NCBI GenBank assembly: GCA_017885655.1
Contig: JAFNFQ010000004.1
Coordinates: 6,330-70,329 of the forward strand
Direction: 5' to 3'
DNA from: Methanobacteriota archaeon
GTDB lineage: Archaea; Thermoplasmatota; Thermoplasmata; RBG-16-68-12; JAFNFQ01
DNA length: 64,000 bases
The notes below the pieces were generated by a model. The model was not told the DNA's origin. It worked only from the letters and a program-made list of their open reading frames with translations, and searched no databases. This document shows, piece by piece, positions 39,501-48,473 of the stretch (positions are counted from its first letter, which is position 1; each line of letters begins with the position of its first letter). The translations under genes and the position numbers were made by a program.

Positions 39501-40620
39501 GGTACTGGTTGAAAGTCTCGACCGCCTCGGGCAGGCGGTTCAGCTTCACCTGGGCAGTCCCCTTGTCGGCCCAGGCCTTCTTGTTCTCCGGATCGATGAT
39601 TAAGACGGACTCTGAGGTGTCGAGCACCTCCGTCCATCTCCCCAGCGCGATTAGGCTCTCCTTCTTCGCGACGAGGCTTTCCGCGCTGTTAGGCTGGATC
39701 TTGTTGGCGTTCCTGAAGTCGACTATGGCCTCGTCGTGCTTGCCGACCGACTGGAGAATGAATGCCCTCGTGAGCCAAGCCCTGTAATCCTCGGGGCTCA
39801 GCTCGAGAGCGCGGTCGAGCGCTTCGAGGGCCCCGGCGGTGTCGCCCTTGTTCCCGAGCAGCTCTGCCTTCCGCTCCCACAGGCGCACGTCGTTCGGCTC
39901 TAGGTCGAGCGCCTTTTCGATCGATTTGACAGCGCTTTCGTACTGGCGGATGGACGCGTAGATCTCGGCCTTGCGGGCGTACACCTCCCTCCGGCTCGGA
40001 TCGAGGTGAAGGACGCGATCATATGAAGAGAGTGCCTCCTCATTCTGCCCGAGCTGGCGGTGAGCGTCCGCCTTCCTGAACCAGAGGTCGGGGTCCCTCA
40101 TGCGAAGCCTGAGCAGCTTGTCGTGGTGGGCGATGTCGAGAGGGTCGACCTGCAGCACTCTCTCGAAGCACGCCGCCGCGTCCTCGGGCTGCGCGGTCGA
40201 AAGGAGGAACTCACCCTTGTCCGACCAGACCTCCTTGTCCCCGGGATTGATCTTCAGCGCCCTGTCGAAGCACTCCAGCGCCTCTTTGCTGTTGCCTTGG
40301 CCTGCGAGAAGGCGCGCCTTGCACCGCCACGCCCCGCCATTGTCGGGATCAAGCTGGAGGGCCATATCGGTCGCCTTCTGCGCCTCATCCGACTGGCCCA
40401 GGGTGAGGAACGAATCGCTGAGCCCGCTGTATATCGCGGAGCATTCGGCCTGTCTTCTGACGATCCTGGACACGTCCTCGTCCAGACAGGCCAGCGCCTT
40501 CTGCAGATGCACCAGCGCCTTCTTGTTCGCTCCGACTTGGAGAAGCTCCCTGCCCTCCTGCTCGAGCCGAGAGGCCTTGAGGAGGACCCTGCGCTCTCTA
40601 TCGAAGAAGGAATAATCCAT
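36514..40620 (-). CDS. Giant TPR-repeat protein (about 30 TPR units by eye) with a C-terminal RING-like zinc finger
   Basis: Continuous 34-aa A..(Y/F/C)(D/E)(K/R)(A/V)L..(D/N)P...-type repeats over roughly aa 30-1090. A non-repeat region of about 200 aa follows. The protein ends with CFPH...HSCGAQLCRACILEENCPNCGKPL. Confidence 0.88.
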   Translation of the reverse strand: MDYSFFDRERRVLLKASRLEQEGRELLQVGANKKALVHLQKALACLDEDVSRIVRRQAECSAIYSGLSDSFLTLGQSDEAQKATDMALQLDPDNGGAWRCKARLLAGQGNSKEALECFDRALKINPGDKEVWSDKGEFLLSTAQPEDAAACFERVLQVDPLDIAHHDKLLRLRMRDPDLWFRKADAHRQLGQNEEALSSYDRVLHLDPSRREVYARKAEIYASIRQYESAVKSIEKALDLEPNDVRLWERKAELLGNKGDTAGALEALDRALELSPEDYRAWLTRAFILQSVGKHDEAIVDFRNANKIQPNSAESLVAKKESLIALGRWTEVLDTSESVLIIDPENKKAWADKGTAQVKLNRLPEAVETFNQYLKREPKDIAVLDMKRQCEKELGRHDDLLATCEAILALDRRNFSTLLDKGSALLTLKNYHGALSAFNEVLSLDHRNIEALRGKRATHREQGDHKGVIKSAYALLELDRKDAAAWFDAGQAEEAIGRIENAVKCYSSLLKCEPANQVAWRRYADLLAGRGDHLQAVKACDELLALGNNDAETWRRRGESLYHLEDPKEAVDSFQKSIGLNSQDARTWLAMGMALEGCHRFEEAVAAYDKVLGISDKDKTALLRKGSVLLWLQRYEDSLSCFKALLEIDENDREALLNAGKVLRLMERHEEAFEMMNRILAIDRKLPEAWAVKTASLEDLGRSEEAAQSAVSWTDTDHKDLMAWMARARLMHAIGRTKDSLSGIHKALLISPGNLDALRLKKKVHSDVKDHTGVVKACGEILAVDKKDVETYKDMGLAYQVLGMNEEALMAFDGAIAVDSMDKRGWNCRGDLLLRLGKPHDALECFEHVLTLSPRDRFALSRRGEVYLDLHDFEKALKCYEDALLLDSMNPDFLTGKARTLIATGKNDEAVKTLTPLLEKDPENQSAVKVKAEALLRLGKHEEALIHFEKASSVEPDSATLWRGQGEALLALKKDKDAVSAFERAVTLDPRDCSAWRGKAEAHIRLSDFTSAVAAYTQAIIIDPKDKNLRYSLGFALERKGDFEGALDSYDTALGIDSHDKTLWNSKALALLGLGRYEEAVRSFDFALRLDPSYTPAIEGKNTATERAHLQQIEAFAKVVIEFEKANRKSATKEEIFRECKVPFDILDEVVSYVKEPAIVDLEKLPPTQQLRYEQLSGAVLSFAPTTSGVQLADIATAMPDCSLTDAREVLGYIRSVESVQMEPSQVQGNDEMVRRALTLPKEEWTLVGLARNFRIGAMEAKMLETSLRIFREIPIEKVKPKPELRPLPKPSPPTPEKASEEEKVKRCFPHRAQSVLAHSCGAQLCRACILEENCPNCGKPLRDDENLEHKMKHRSDDKPVVKDFTRL

Positions 40621-40891
40621 TTCCCATCCCTTCTGAGTTCTTGAACCACTTCTGAGGATTTATAATCTTCGGTTTGGTATGACGAATAGGCAGTATTCGT
40701 CTGACAAATCGCCCCTGCGCGGGACTTTGCGCCTGTTTCTATGTGTCGATGTCGGACATTGAGGATGAAAACATGACCCTGTTGTCTCGCGATTTCATGG
40801 ATGACAAAGCAATAAATAGGCCTAGGTGCTTGGTGCATGCATCAGACAAACGTCAGACAACAGGGATGGTGAACCTTTGGTGACACGACGC

Positions 40892-41110
40892 ATGAACACG
40901 AGGAAGGGCGAGCAGGCAACGATCGAGGACTGGCTCAGGAATCACACGCTTCAGGACATGGAGGACATCGTCGCGGAACTCTCTGCCAGAGGCGAAGATG
41001 TGGTTGACATGTCCAAGGTTGTGCACGAGCTGGAAGACATCGCCGAAGAGGAGCACGAGTGGGAGCAGGAGCACGGCACGAAGCTAAAGGCGGAAGGCGA
41101 GATGGCCTAG
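40892..41110 (+). CDS. Hypothetical small acidic protein (maximal ORF starts at 40826)
   Basis: ORF only; acidic helical composition (EDIVAELSARGEDVVDMSKVVHELEDIAEEEHEWEQEHG). No family recognised. Confidence 0.3.
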   Translation: MNTRKGEQATIEDWLRNHTLQDMEDIVAELSARGEDVVDMSKVVHELEDIAEEEHEWEQEHGTKLKAEGEMA

Positions 41111-41274
41111 ATCTCACAAGGAGCAAGGCCATCGAGGGTGGATTTCCAGAGCCTCATGCAATGAGGCCATCCTCTCCTCGATCCTCGGCGTCATCATCTA
41201 GGTTTGAGGAGGTTGAACGCATTCAAGAATCTTGAGCGTCCTCATCCCGGAAGATGGAATCCGAGGAAGGACGA

Positions 41275-41348
41275 TGCAGGCGCCGGGATTTGAACCCGGG
41301 TCGTTGGCTTGGAAGGCCAAAATCCTAACCAGACTAGATTACGCCTGC
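41275..41348 (-). tRNA. tRNA-Gly (anticodon UCC)
   Basis: Hand-folded cloverleaf: acceptor GCAGGCG/CGCCTGC, D arm ATCT/GGAT, anticodon stem TTGGC/GCCAA with loop CTTCCAA, T arm CCGGG-TTCAAAT-CCCGG, discriminator A. CCA is not encoded. Confidence 0.9.
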
Positions 41349-41413
41349 GCGCGCCGACAACCGCCCCGCTCGCTATAAGCTTTTCATGGAGCAGGTCTTA
41401 TGCCCGCCTACAG

Positions 41414-42148
41414 ATGAATGTCATCCTCGACCTCTGGGGCGTCCTTGTCGACGAGAAGAAGATGAACAAGGAGTACAACAATCATGCCGCTTCAATCCTG
41501 GCATCGCGGTTCGGCGGCGATCCGGCGAGGTGGCTGGACGCATACGACATGGCATGGGCGGACTATCAGCGGCGGTTCAGGGCCACGGACTGGGACAACA
41601 AGAGTTGGTCTGATGTCGTCGGCGAGCTCGACGTAAGGCTCATCACGGACACCCTCGATGCCGTCGGTGTCCAATGGCGCCCCTCAGATGTCCTCAGCTT
41701 CGCAAGGAACCTTGAGTTCGAAGTCGTGTCGTCAGTGGCCAGATGCTATCCGGATGTCCCCGGTGCTCTCAGGCGGCTCAAGGAGAAGGGTCACGAGGTT
41801 CATGTCGCGACCCAGGCGGGGGAATGGAACGCGATCGGAGCGCTGGAAGGTTCAGGACTCTTGAAGGAAGTCAAAGCCATCTTTTCCGGGAGCAGCCAGA
41901 ATGCCTCGAAAGACCGGAAACGCTATTGGACGAGAGTGCTCGAGAAGATTGACAGCCCTACTGACAATTGCATCTTGGTGGATGACAGACCGGATTTCCT
42001 CGAGGCAGCAGCTTCAATCGGCATCGGCACGATCCTCATGGACCGGGAGAAGAGGACTGCGCGTCACAGGCTCCCGCAATTCGTCGGTTCACGGATGTTC
42101 ACCCTCACCAGTCTCCCGCACTATGTTGAGAGAATCTCCCACAAGTGA
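41414..42148 (+). CDS. HAD-superfamily hydrolase (haloacid-dehalogenase-like subfamily)
   Basis: N-terminal VILDLWGVLVD (the D-x-[YW]-G-[TV]-L-x-D variant of HAD motif I) and C-terminal ILVDDRPDFLEAA (motif IV). The track ORF start at 41309 would overlap the tRNA and is rejected. Confidence 0.8.
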   Translation: MNVILDLWGVLVDEKKMNKEYNNHAASILASRFGGDPARWLDAYDMAWADYQRRFRATDWDNKSWSDVVGELDVRLITDTLDAVGVQWRPSDVLSFARNLEFEVVSSVARCYPDVPGALRRLKEKGHEVHVATQAGEWNAIGALEGSGLLKEVKAIFSGSSQNASKDRKRYWTRVLEKIDSPTDNCILVDDRPDFLEAAASIGIGTILMDREKRTARHRLPQFVGSRMFTLTSLPHYVERISHK

Positions 42149-42177
42149 GGAGCCACGGACCACTAGGCGAATCGGGG

Positions 42178-42185
42178 AAAAAAAA
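42178..42185 (-). terminator. Oligo-T (T8) run on the minus strand
   Basis: An A8 run on the plus strand, which is T8 downstream of the minus-strand genes at 42241-42651. Archaeal terminators are typically oligo-T tracts. Confidence 0.3.
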
Positions 42186-42396
42186 TCGGTGGCAGGCGGC
42201 GTGTGGAGACAATCGCCGCCCGCCTAGATGCGGATAGAGATCAGTCATCTTCATCGAAGTTGAGGTCGCAGCCGCACGCGGCATAAACCTCTTCCCAGCC
42301 ACAGGGTTCTTCGTCGACCGCCATTGTCGTCATCGAGACTACCGAAGCGATGCTTGCTTATGAAGGTCGAAGGGGGAGAGGCCGGTGAAAGTATTC

Positions 42397-42651
42397 CTAC
42401 TCGACGATCCCGAGGTAGCCCAGCAGTTCATTCCCTATGAAGGCGGCGATCACGGCGACGAAGATCGCGCCGAGGTCTTCGCCGCGCAACGCGAACAAAG
42501 CCAGCGCCACGCCGATGAGCACACAGAATATTCCGACGAGCTTCCTCCTGTCTATCTCGCCGATGACCAGCACGAGGATTCCGAGCATGATGAAGAACAC
42601 GGTGCCGACAGCGAGCGCGAGTACCATTCCGTCCAGATTGAAGAAGCCCAT
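42397..42651 (-). CDS. Small membrane protein (3 predicted TM helices)
   Basis: 84 aa, strongly hydrophobic segments (MVLALAVGTVFFIMLGILVLVIG, LVGIFCVLIGVALALFAL, AIFVAVIAAFIG). No family recognised. Confidence 0.45.
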   Translation of the reverse strand: MGFFNLDGMVLALAVGTVFFIMLGILVLVIGEIDRRKLVGIFCVLIGVALALFALRGEDLGAIFVAVIAAFIGNELLGYLGIVE

Positions 42652-42676
42652 CCTGCCCGCGGATTACTGGAGCTTC

Positions 42677-44464
42677 CTATATAGATTTCGACCTCACGGC
42701 GTGCCTGACCTTCACCGCGACTCCGCGCTCGCCCTCGACCATTTCGCGAGAAGACATCTGGGCGACGCCGACCGCCCTCACGTCGCCGTGACGACGCACG
42801 ACGACGTCGTCGCCTATCCGGATGTCCTCGCTCGCGTCCTCGATACCGATAGCGAACACGCTGCCCTGGGGAAAAAAGTCGTCGATCTCGACGCAGTGGA
42901 TGTTCCTCTGGGACAGCTCGCGCCCGCCTTCGATCGTGAGGGAGAGCAGCCCCCTCTCGGTGAGCATCGCGAGCTGGACGCCGCCGCGGATGATCTTGAT
43001 GTCCGGGTACCTGCCGCGGAGCTCCGCTCCCTTTACAAGCTCCTCCCCGCCAGGGCCGAACTGGAACCGCGCGAGGACTGCCATGTCCCCCTTGTACCTC
43101 TCTTCCCGCCGCACTCTCGGGATGCCCTCGACGGCCTCTCGCAGCGCGGTCGACAGGTTCTCGAGCGAAGGACCATCCGTTGCCCTGCCCTGACAGGTGA
43201 ACCGCGCCTCGACCAGGGCGTCCTCCACGAAAGGTTTTTCGACGTCGAGGTGAGCGACGATGCGGTCGTATGCGTTGTTGGCCAGAAGATGTCTCAAGTC
43301 CTCCTTGACGACGGCCGCTTCATCCAGGCTCCAATCGCCGGTGACAGGTATGTCGTAGTGCGCGGCAGGGTAGACCAGTTCAAGCTCGCGCGGCACGATG
43401 CCGAGGGGCGAGGTGACGATGACCTCGTGCACCGCCCAAGGGTTCCCGCACGACATGAGCGCCTCCCTGAACAGCCTGTGAGATCTCGAGAGCGAGTAGG
43501 GCTTCCGCGCTGAACACGGGAGAAGCAGGAGGACCTTGGCTGATGGCGGCTTCATGTGTCTCTCCTTGATCCTCTTCCTGAACCTGATGACGTCGGGCCT
43601 CGTGAGCGACGCGTGCGAGTAGGCCTTGACGCTCTTTCCCGCGACGGGGAAATGCGGCTCTTGGAAATCGTAGTGCCTGAGGTCCATGTGCCGCAGCACC
43701 GCGGTGTTCCACGGGTTGTTGACAGCCCTCCTCTCGACGAGCTCGCGCAGTTCGCCGGACCTGATGCAGGTCCTGACGAGTTCCATCTCCTCCCAGAGCG
43801 AGGTCTCGTTGTGCTCGATGAGCGCCTTTCTGCCGTCGGCCGACAGGCAGCCGGAGCACCTGCATGGCGGGCGACCGAGTTCGCTCAGGGGCCACGAGCC
43901 GTCAGGGCTCAGCCATCTGCCCCTGCTCGCTTCGAAAAGGGCTGCGATCGAATCGACGATGTCGATGCCGCAATACGCCAGGATGGCGAGGTTCGAAGGG
44001 AGAGCGATGCCGGGGGCGTACAGCACCCGGTTCGGGCCGACGGCGGTCTTCAGCTTGGCCAGCAGCTCCGCGAACATCCGCGGTTCCGAGAGCAACGATG
44101 CGGCCCCGCCAAGCACGAACCCCTCCGACTTGGATTCCGCGACGCCTGCAGCGCTCGAGACGACCTCGAATAAACTCGACTCGCGGTCCGGGGGGATTGG
44201 CGATTCGGTACCCGGCGGCACCGCAATGTCTGGCGGTATGGAGGAACCGGGCGGTCCATCCCGGGGCAGGAACACGCTCCCCCTGTCGACCACGACCGGC
44301 CTGCTGTCAGGCATTGGAGCCGACGCGATCAAGGCTTCGGCGAACGAAGGCGGGGTGAACCTCGGAGATGCGAAGAAGAGGATGCTCGGGACTTCGATGG
44401 CGATCGTCCCCGCCCGCCAAGAGCCCGTCCGCGCGACGCCGCAGCGTTCTTTCACGTCGAGCAT
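42677..44464 (-). CDS. arcS: Archaeosine synthase ArcS (TGT-like N-domain, DUF5591 with PCxxxKPY motif, C-terminal PUA)
   Basis: The LLLPCSARKPYSLS motif (PC-X3-KPY, characteristic of ArcS). PUA-like C-terminus (IGDDVVVRRHGDVRAVGVAQMSSREM). Length 595 aa. Confidence 0.85.
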   Translation of the reverse strand: MLDVKERCGVARTGSWRAGTIAIEVPSILFFASPRFTPPSFAEALIASAPMPDSRPVVVDRGSVFLPRDGPPGSSIPPDIAVPPGTESPIPPDRESSLFEVVSSAAGVAESKSEGFVLGGAASLLSEPRMFAELLAKLKTAVGPNRVLYAPGIALPSNLAILAYCGIDIVDSIAALFEASRGRWLSPDGSWPLSELGRPPCRCSGCLSADGRKALIEHNETSLWEEMELVRTCIRSGELRELVERRAVNNPWNTAVLRHMDLRHYDFQEPHFPVAGKSVKAYSHASLTRPDVIRFRKRIKERHMKPPSAKVLLLLPCSARKPYSLSRSHRLFREALMSCGNPWAVHEVIVTSPLGIVPRELELVYPAAHYDIPVTGDWSLDEAAVVKEDLRHLLANNAYDRIVAHLDVEKPFVEDALVEARFTCQGRATDGPSLENLSTALREAVEGIPRVRREERYKGDMAVLARFQFGPGGEELVKGAELRGRYPDIKIIRGGVQLAMLTERGLLSLTIEGGRELSQRNIHCVEIDDFFPQGSVFAIGIEDASEDIRIGDDVVVRRHGDVRAVGVAQMSSREMVEGERGVAVKVRHAVRSKSI

Positions 44465-44682
44465 TGCGGGGCGGAGTAGACACTCTCGCCATCAAATAGA
44501 CTCCGCTCAGCCGCCCTTCAATTTCGAAATTGTTCTGAGACCATTCAAATAGACCCTGCAAGAGAAAAGGAGTCGAGAGGTGAATCCAGTGGGTCCGTTC
44601 GGTCCGCCGATTAAAGTACCTGGCTAGTTAAGTCGTCTGGAGACCTCAGTGGCAATGCTGGGCGCATGTGATCCAGCGGAGC

Positions 44683-47367
44683 TTATCCCGGCACGGCAGA
44701 GCCCGGCAGCCTCACTGCCCTGCCCTGTTTCAGGGCAGTGAGCTGGGCGTCCGCGAAGCGGACCATGTCATCCCTTCCAAGGCGTCTCGCGATGCTCCGC
44801 GAGGACGAGAAGAGCTGGGAAGCCTCCTTCCGCTCTCCGTGCTTCGCGAACAACACCGCCGCAGAAACCGTCGAGTTCAGCAGGTCGAGAGGGCTGTGAT
44901 CGTCCCGGAGGGTCCTGAGTCCCGCGCGCAGATGAGCCTTCGCCCCCTCCCAATCTCCGCGCGACTCCTCGACGAATCCCATGCTTATCCTGCACATGCC
45001 CAACGGTACTTTCTCGCCTAGCTTCTCGAATATCTTCATCGCCTCTGCGAGGTTCGCCTCGGCCAATCCGGCGCTCCTTGTGCGCACAAGCGCGGATGCC
45101 GCGTTCATTAACCCGTAACCGAGAATCCGGGCGTTACCGATGCGGCGGGCGAGGTTGATGCCCTCGCGGCATTTCTCGAGCCCGTCCCCCAGTCTGTTGT
45201 TGTGCATCAGGCCGACCCCGACGGCCACGGTGGCCTTCGCGATCTCATGGAGGTTCCCTACAGTCTGCGCCACATCCAGCGCCTCTCTCATGAGCTTCAG
45301 AGCCTTCTCGTTCTCTCCCTTCGCGACCAGCACCCTGGAATAGGCGGAAAGGTACTGCACGAGCCCCTCGGGGTCGTCGCGGGGACCTATCAGCCTCGCC
45401 GCCCTCCTGAAGTGCTTCAGGGCCTTGTCGAGGTGCCCGAAGCTCTCGTTCAGCATCCCGATGGCGTAGTGAACGGCGGATCTTCCCTTGACGTCATCGA
45501 GTCGTTTGTAGATCGAAAGGCTCGAGGTCAGAACGCGCATCGCCTCGTCCCACTCGTTCCTCCTCACGTAGATGTCCCCCATCGCCTTGAGCGCGGCGGC
45601 CTGTTCCCCGAGCTCCCCGCGCTCCCCGGCGAGGCGGGAAGCACGTGCGCGCACCTCGAGGGCCTTCTCCCACTCCCCGAGGCTCGACAGCACGTCGCCT
45701 CTCAGCAGCAGCAGGTCGAGCTTGGTCTCAGGGGCCATCTTCACCCTCTCCAGCCTTCGCAGATAGGCGTCGAGCTCGACCGTGTGACCTTGCTTCGCGA
45801 TATCCTTCCCCTTCTCCGCCAACAGCTTGGCGGCGTCCCGCTCGTCACCCGCCTCGAGCATGTGATGCACCGCCTCGAGGAGGTTCTCGCTCGTGCCCAG
45901 GGACAGGTGATACATCGCGGCCCACTGCTCGTACCTCCTTCTCCTGGCCGGGGTCATCCTCCCCCTGAAGAAGTCCTTCAGCAGGTCGTGAATCTCGAAG
46001 AGGTTCAGCGTCGTCTCCCTGAGCAGGTTCTGGTCAATCAGGAACCTGAGGTTGCCCATGTCGGCCTCCTGCGCGAAGAGCAGGGCCTGCGGGGCGACGG
46101 GGTACCTGAACACCGAGGCGACCTCGAGGATCGAGAGCTCCGGCCGCGAGAGGCGGGCCGCAAGGTCCTCGTCCAGGTACCTGACTATGTCCTTCGTCCT
46201 CGTCCCCTGCGCGGGGTCGACGAGTTCGAGGAAGAGGGGGTGGCCTCCCGTCGCCTCGTAGATCCTGTCAAGGGCGGGCTGCTGGATGTCCACGCTCCTG
46301 AGCGCGAGAAGCCTCGCGGAACTGTCTTTGTCGAGGCCCTGGATCTCGAACTCCTTGACGAGCCTCCTCACCTTCGCGTCGCGCCTGTCGTAGAAGGCCG
46401 GGACGCTCCTGCCGGCGACGATGACCTTGGGCCCGGGCAGGCCGTCGAGCACGAGCTTGAGCGAATAGAGGAGCTGGGTGATCTCCTTGGACGCCTTGTG
46501 ACAGTCGTCGAAGATGAGCAGGGCGTCCAGCCCCTTGAGGTCCTTCTCGAGGAGGCGGCTGACCTCCTCCATGTCCAGGCCGTTCCCGGTCGCGAGGTAG
46601 TTGGAAAGCTCCCTCCGGCCGAGGCAGTCGAGGAACTGCGCGAGGCGGCGGAGCACGTTGCCCGATGCGGACCACTCCTGCACGCGATACCAGAAGAGGT
46701 TCGTGTTCCTCCGCCAGTCCTCCAGGCGCCTCACAAGCAGGGTCGTCTTGCCAATCCCGGGGATCCCGGACAGGGCGAGGAACTTCGACTCGCGCGAGGC
46801 CAGGAACTTGTCCACCTCGTCCAGCTCCCTTATCCTCCCGAAGAAGTACTTCAGCTTGGGCGCCCTCTCGGTGAAGTCGACGAACGCCTGTCTCTTCTCC
46901 TGGCCGCGCTGGAAGGACTTCATGTCGAAGACGCCGCGGTTGACGTGCACCGCGATGCTGAGCGTCGACGCGCTGGCGGGCAGTTGCCGGGCGATCTGCT
47001 TCAATGGCATCCTCGTGATGTCGCCGTTCTCCCCCCTTACCGCGATCATCTCGCCCTCCACCTCCTCCTTGCGCGACCGAGCGAGGCGAGCGCCCGCCTC
47101 CGTGAGGAGGTATGTGGTCCTGCGCAGCTTGCCAGAGGGGACGTGAGCGCGTTCTGCGACGATGAGGCCGCGGTCGATCAGCAGGCGAATCGACTTGGAG
47201 ATTGTGCTCCGGCCCAGCATGGTCGCATCGGCGAGGCCGAACTGCGTGAGGGCGTCGGGCCTCTCGCGCTGCGTCTCGTAACCAGCGAACTCGAGGAGAT
47301 GAAGGAGGATACGGTCCTCCCTGTCGAAGTACATCTTCCTCTTGTAGTAGCTCCTCCCTTTCCTCAT
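44683..47367 (-). CDS. STAND-type P-loop NTPase with N-terminal winged-HTH and C-terminal TPR array
   Basis: wHTH-like STISKSIRLLIDRGLIVAERAHVPSGKLRRTTYLLTEAG. Walker A LALSGIPGIGKTTLL. Walker B LLIFDDCHK. TPR-like repeats over the C-terminal 400 aa or so. Confidence 0.85.
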   Translation of the reverse strand: MRKGRSYYKRKMYFDREDRILLHLLEFAGYETQRERPDALTQFGLADATMLGRSTISKSIRLLIDRGLIVAERAHVPSGKLRRTTYLLTEAGARLARSRKEEVEGEMIAVRGENGDITRMPLKQIARQLPASASTLSIAVHVNRGVFDMKSFQRGQEKRQAFVDFTERAPKLKYFFGRIRELDEVDKFLASRESKFLALSGIPGIGKTTLLVRRLEDWRRNTNLFWYRVQEWSASGNVLRRLAQFLDCLGRRELSNYLATGNGLDMEEVSRLLEKDLKGLDALLIFDDCHKASKEITQLLYSLKLVLDGLPGPKVIVAGRSVPAFYDRRDAKVRRLVKEFEIQGLDKDSSARLLALRSVDIQQPALDRIYEATGGHPLFLELVDPAQGTRTKDIVRYLDEDLAARLSRPELSILEVASVFRYPVAPQALLFAQEADMGNLRFLIDQNLLRETTLNLFEIHDLLKDFFRGRMTPARRRRYEQWAAMYHLSLGTSENLLEAVHHMLEAGDERDAAKLLAEKGKDIAKQGHTVELDAYLRRLERVKMAPETKLDLLLLRGDVLSSLGEWEKALEVRARASRLAGERGELGEQAAALKAMGDIYVRRNEWDEAMRVLTSSLSIYKRLDDVKGRSAVHYAIGMLNESFGHLDKALKHFRRAARLIGPRDDPEGLVQYLSAYSRVLVAKGENEKALKLMREALDVAQTVGNLHEIAKATVAVGVGLMHNNRLGDGLEKCREGINLARRIGNARILGYGLMNAASALVRTRSAGLAEANLAEAMKIFEKLGEKVPLGMCRISMGFVEESRGDWEGAKAHLRAGLRTLRDDHSPLDLLNSTVSAAVLFAKHGERKEASQLFSSSRSIARRLGRDDMVRFADAQLTALKQGRAVRLPGSAVPG

Positions 47368-47452
47368 TCGGGAACAGATTGGGGGACGCGATTAATATAG
47401 TTTCTGGCAAAAAACTGCCCGGAACGGGCTGCTGGCAATGGATTGCGGCATT

Positions 47453-48346
47453 CTAGGCGTGCCGCTCAAGCTCGCTCACGCTGAGGCGGAGCGCGTTGAC
47501 AACCGGCAATGGGATTCCCCGCCGTTCCGCCGCTTCTGCTATCGCACCGCTGATCTGCGAGACCTCCGTGCGCCTGCCCCGCTCGATGTCCTGCAGCATG
47601 CTAGACCTGTTCGCGGCGGTGCGCAGGGCGACCCTCTCGGTTATCTTGATCGCCTCGGCGGCCTGTATCTGGTGGTCCTCGGCCCTGGCGACTGCCGCCG
47701 CCTCCTCGCAGCTCTGCCTCATGAGGGCATGGAGCTGGGGGATCTGGAGGAGGCGTCCGTTCTCCACCTTCGCGATGGCGGTGAGGGGATTTATGGCGGC
47801 GTTGACTATGGCCTTCATCCAGAGGTCGCGCCTGACATCCTCTGAGTATGCAGAAGGGAAGCCACATGATGTGAACTCTCTGGCGAGCTCCTTGACTTCC
47901 TCGGTTGTGACCTTGCGGAAAGTCCCGATGTAGGTGTCCCCAAGCCCCGCATGGCGAACTAAGCCCTCTCTGACGTAGGTCACGCCATGGCTCGTCGTTC
48001 CAGCTGCCACGCGGTCCGCTTTCCTCGCGATGATGTCGGCGTTCCTGAACCCGTTCTGCAGTGTGAGGAAAAGGGATGTGTGCCAGAATCGTCTCAGTGC
48101 AGCAACTGCCACGCGAGTGTCGTAGGCTTTAGTCGAGATGATCACCACGTCCTGAGGTGCGGCTGGGACCTCGGTCATCGCCCACGGTTGAGTGCACAGC
48201 TCGGTCATCCCGGTGACTCTGAGCCCGCATCTCCTGATTGCGTCCACGTGGTCTTGGCGGGCCACCAGGGTCACGTCATGTCTCGACGATAGCAGCCCGC
48301 CGATGAGGCTGCCCATGGCGCCCGCCCCGAACACCAGAACCTTCAC
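47453..48346 (-). CDS. panE: 2-dehydropantoate 2-reductase (ketopantoate reductase, ApbA/PanE family)
   Basis: GTG 48346 gives VKVLVFGAGAMGSLIGGLL (Rossmann) and a 297-aa product. C-terminal SMLQDIERGRRTE motif. The longer track ORF (to 48550) overlaps the divergent pirin gene. Confidence 0.85.
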   Translation of the reverse strand: MKVLVFGAGAMGSLIGGLLSSRHDVTLVARQDHVDAIRRCGLRVTGMTELCTQPWAMTEVPAAPQDVVIISTKAYDTRVAVAALRRFWHTSLFLTLQNGFRNADIIARKADRVAAGTTSHGVTYVREGLVRHAGLGDTYIGTFRKVTTEEVKELAREFTSCGFPSAYSEDVRRDLWMKAIVNAAINPLTAIAKVENGRLLQIPQLHALMRQSCEEAAAVARAEDHQIQAAEAIKITERVALRTAANRSSMLQDIERGRRTEVSQISGAIAEAAERRGIPLPVVNALRLSVSELERHA

Positions 48347-48473
48347 GGGCGGTCTATTGGCCGTTCTCTCAAGAATGTTTGTGTGGCATCGGGAGTTAAT
48401 GGAGCAGGGCCAAATAACCCGGCTGATGTGCTTAGACGAACCGGCTGAGAAACGAAGGACGGAGGACAGGAAA

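Noticed and set aside
41309-41413. HAD hydrolase start at 41309.
   Set aside because: It would run through the tRNA-Gly gene (41275..41348). The HAD motif I region begins right after ATG 41414.
45202-47400. 732-aa plus-strand ORF covering the STAND ATPase locus.
   Set aside because: The product is dominated by L/P/R/E/G/V runs with no recognisable domain. The minus-strand reading, in contrast, has wHTH, Walker A/B and TPR features.
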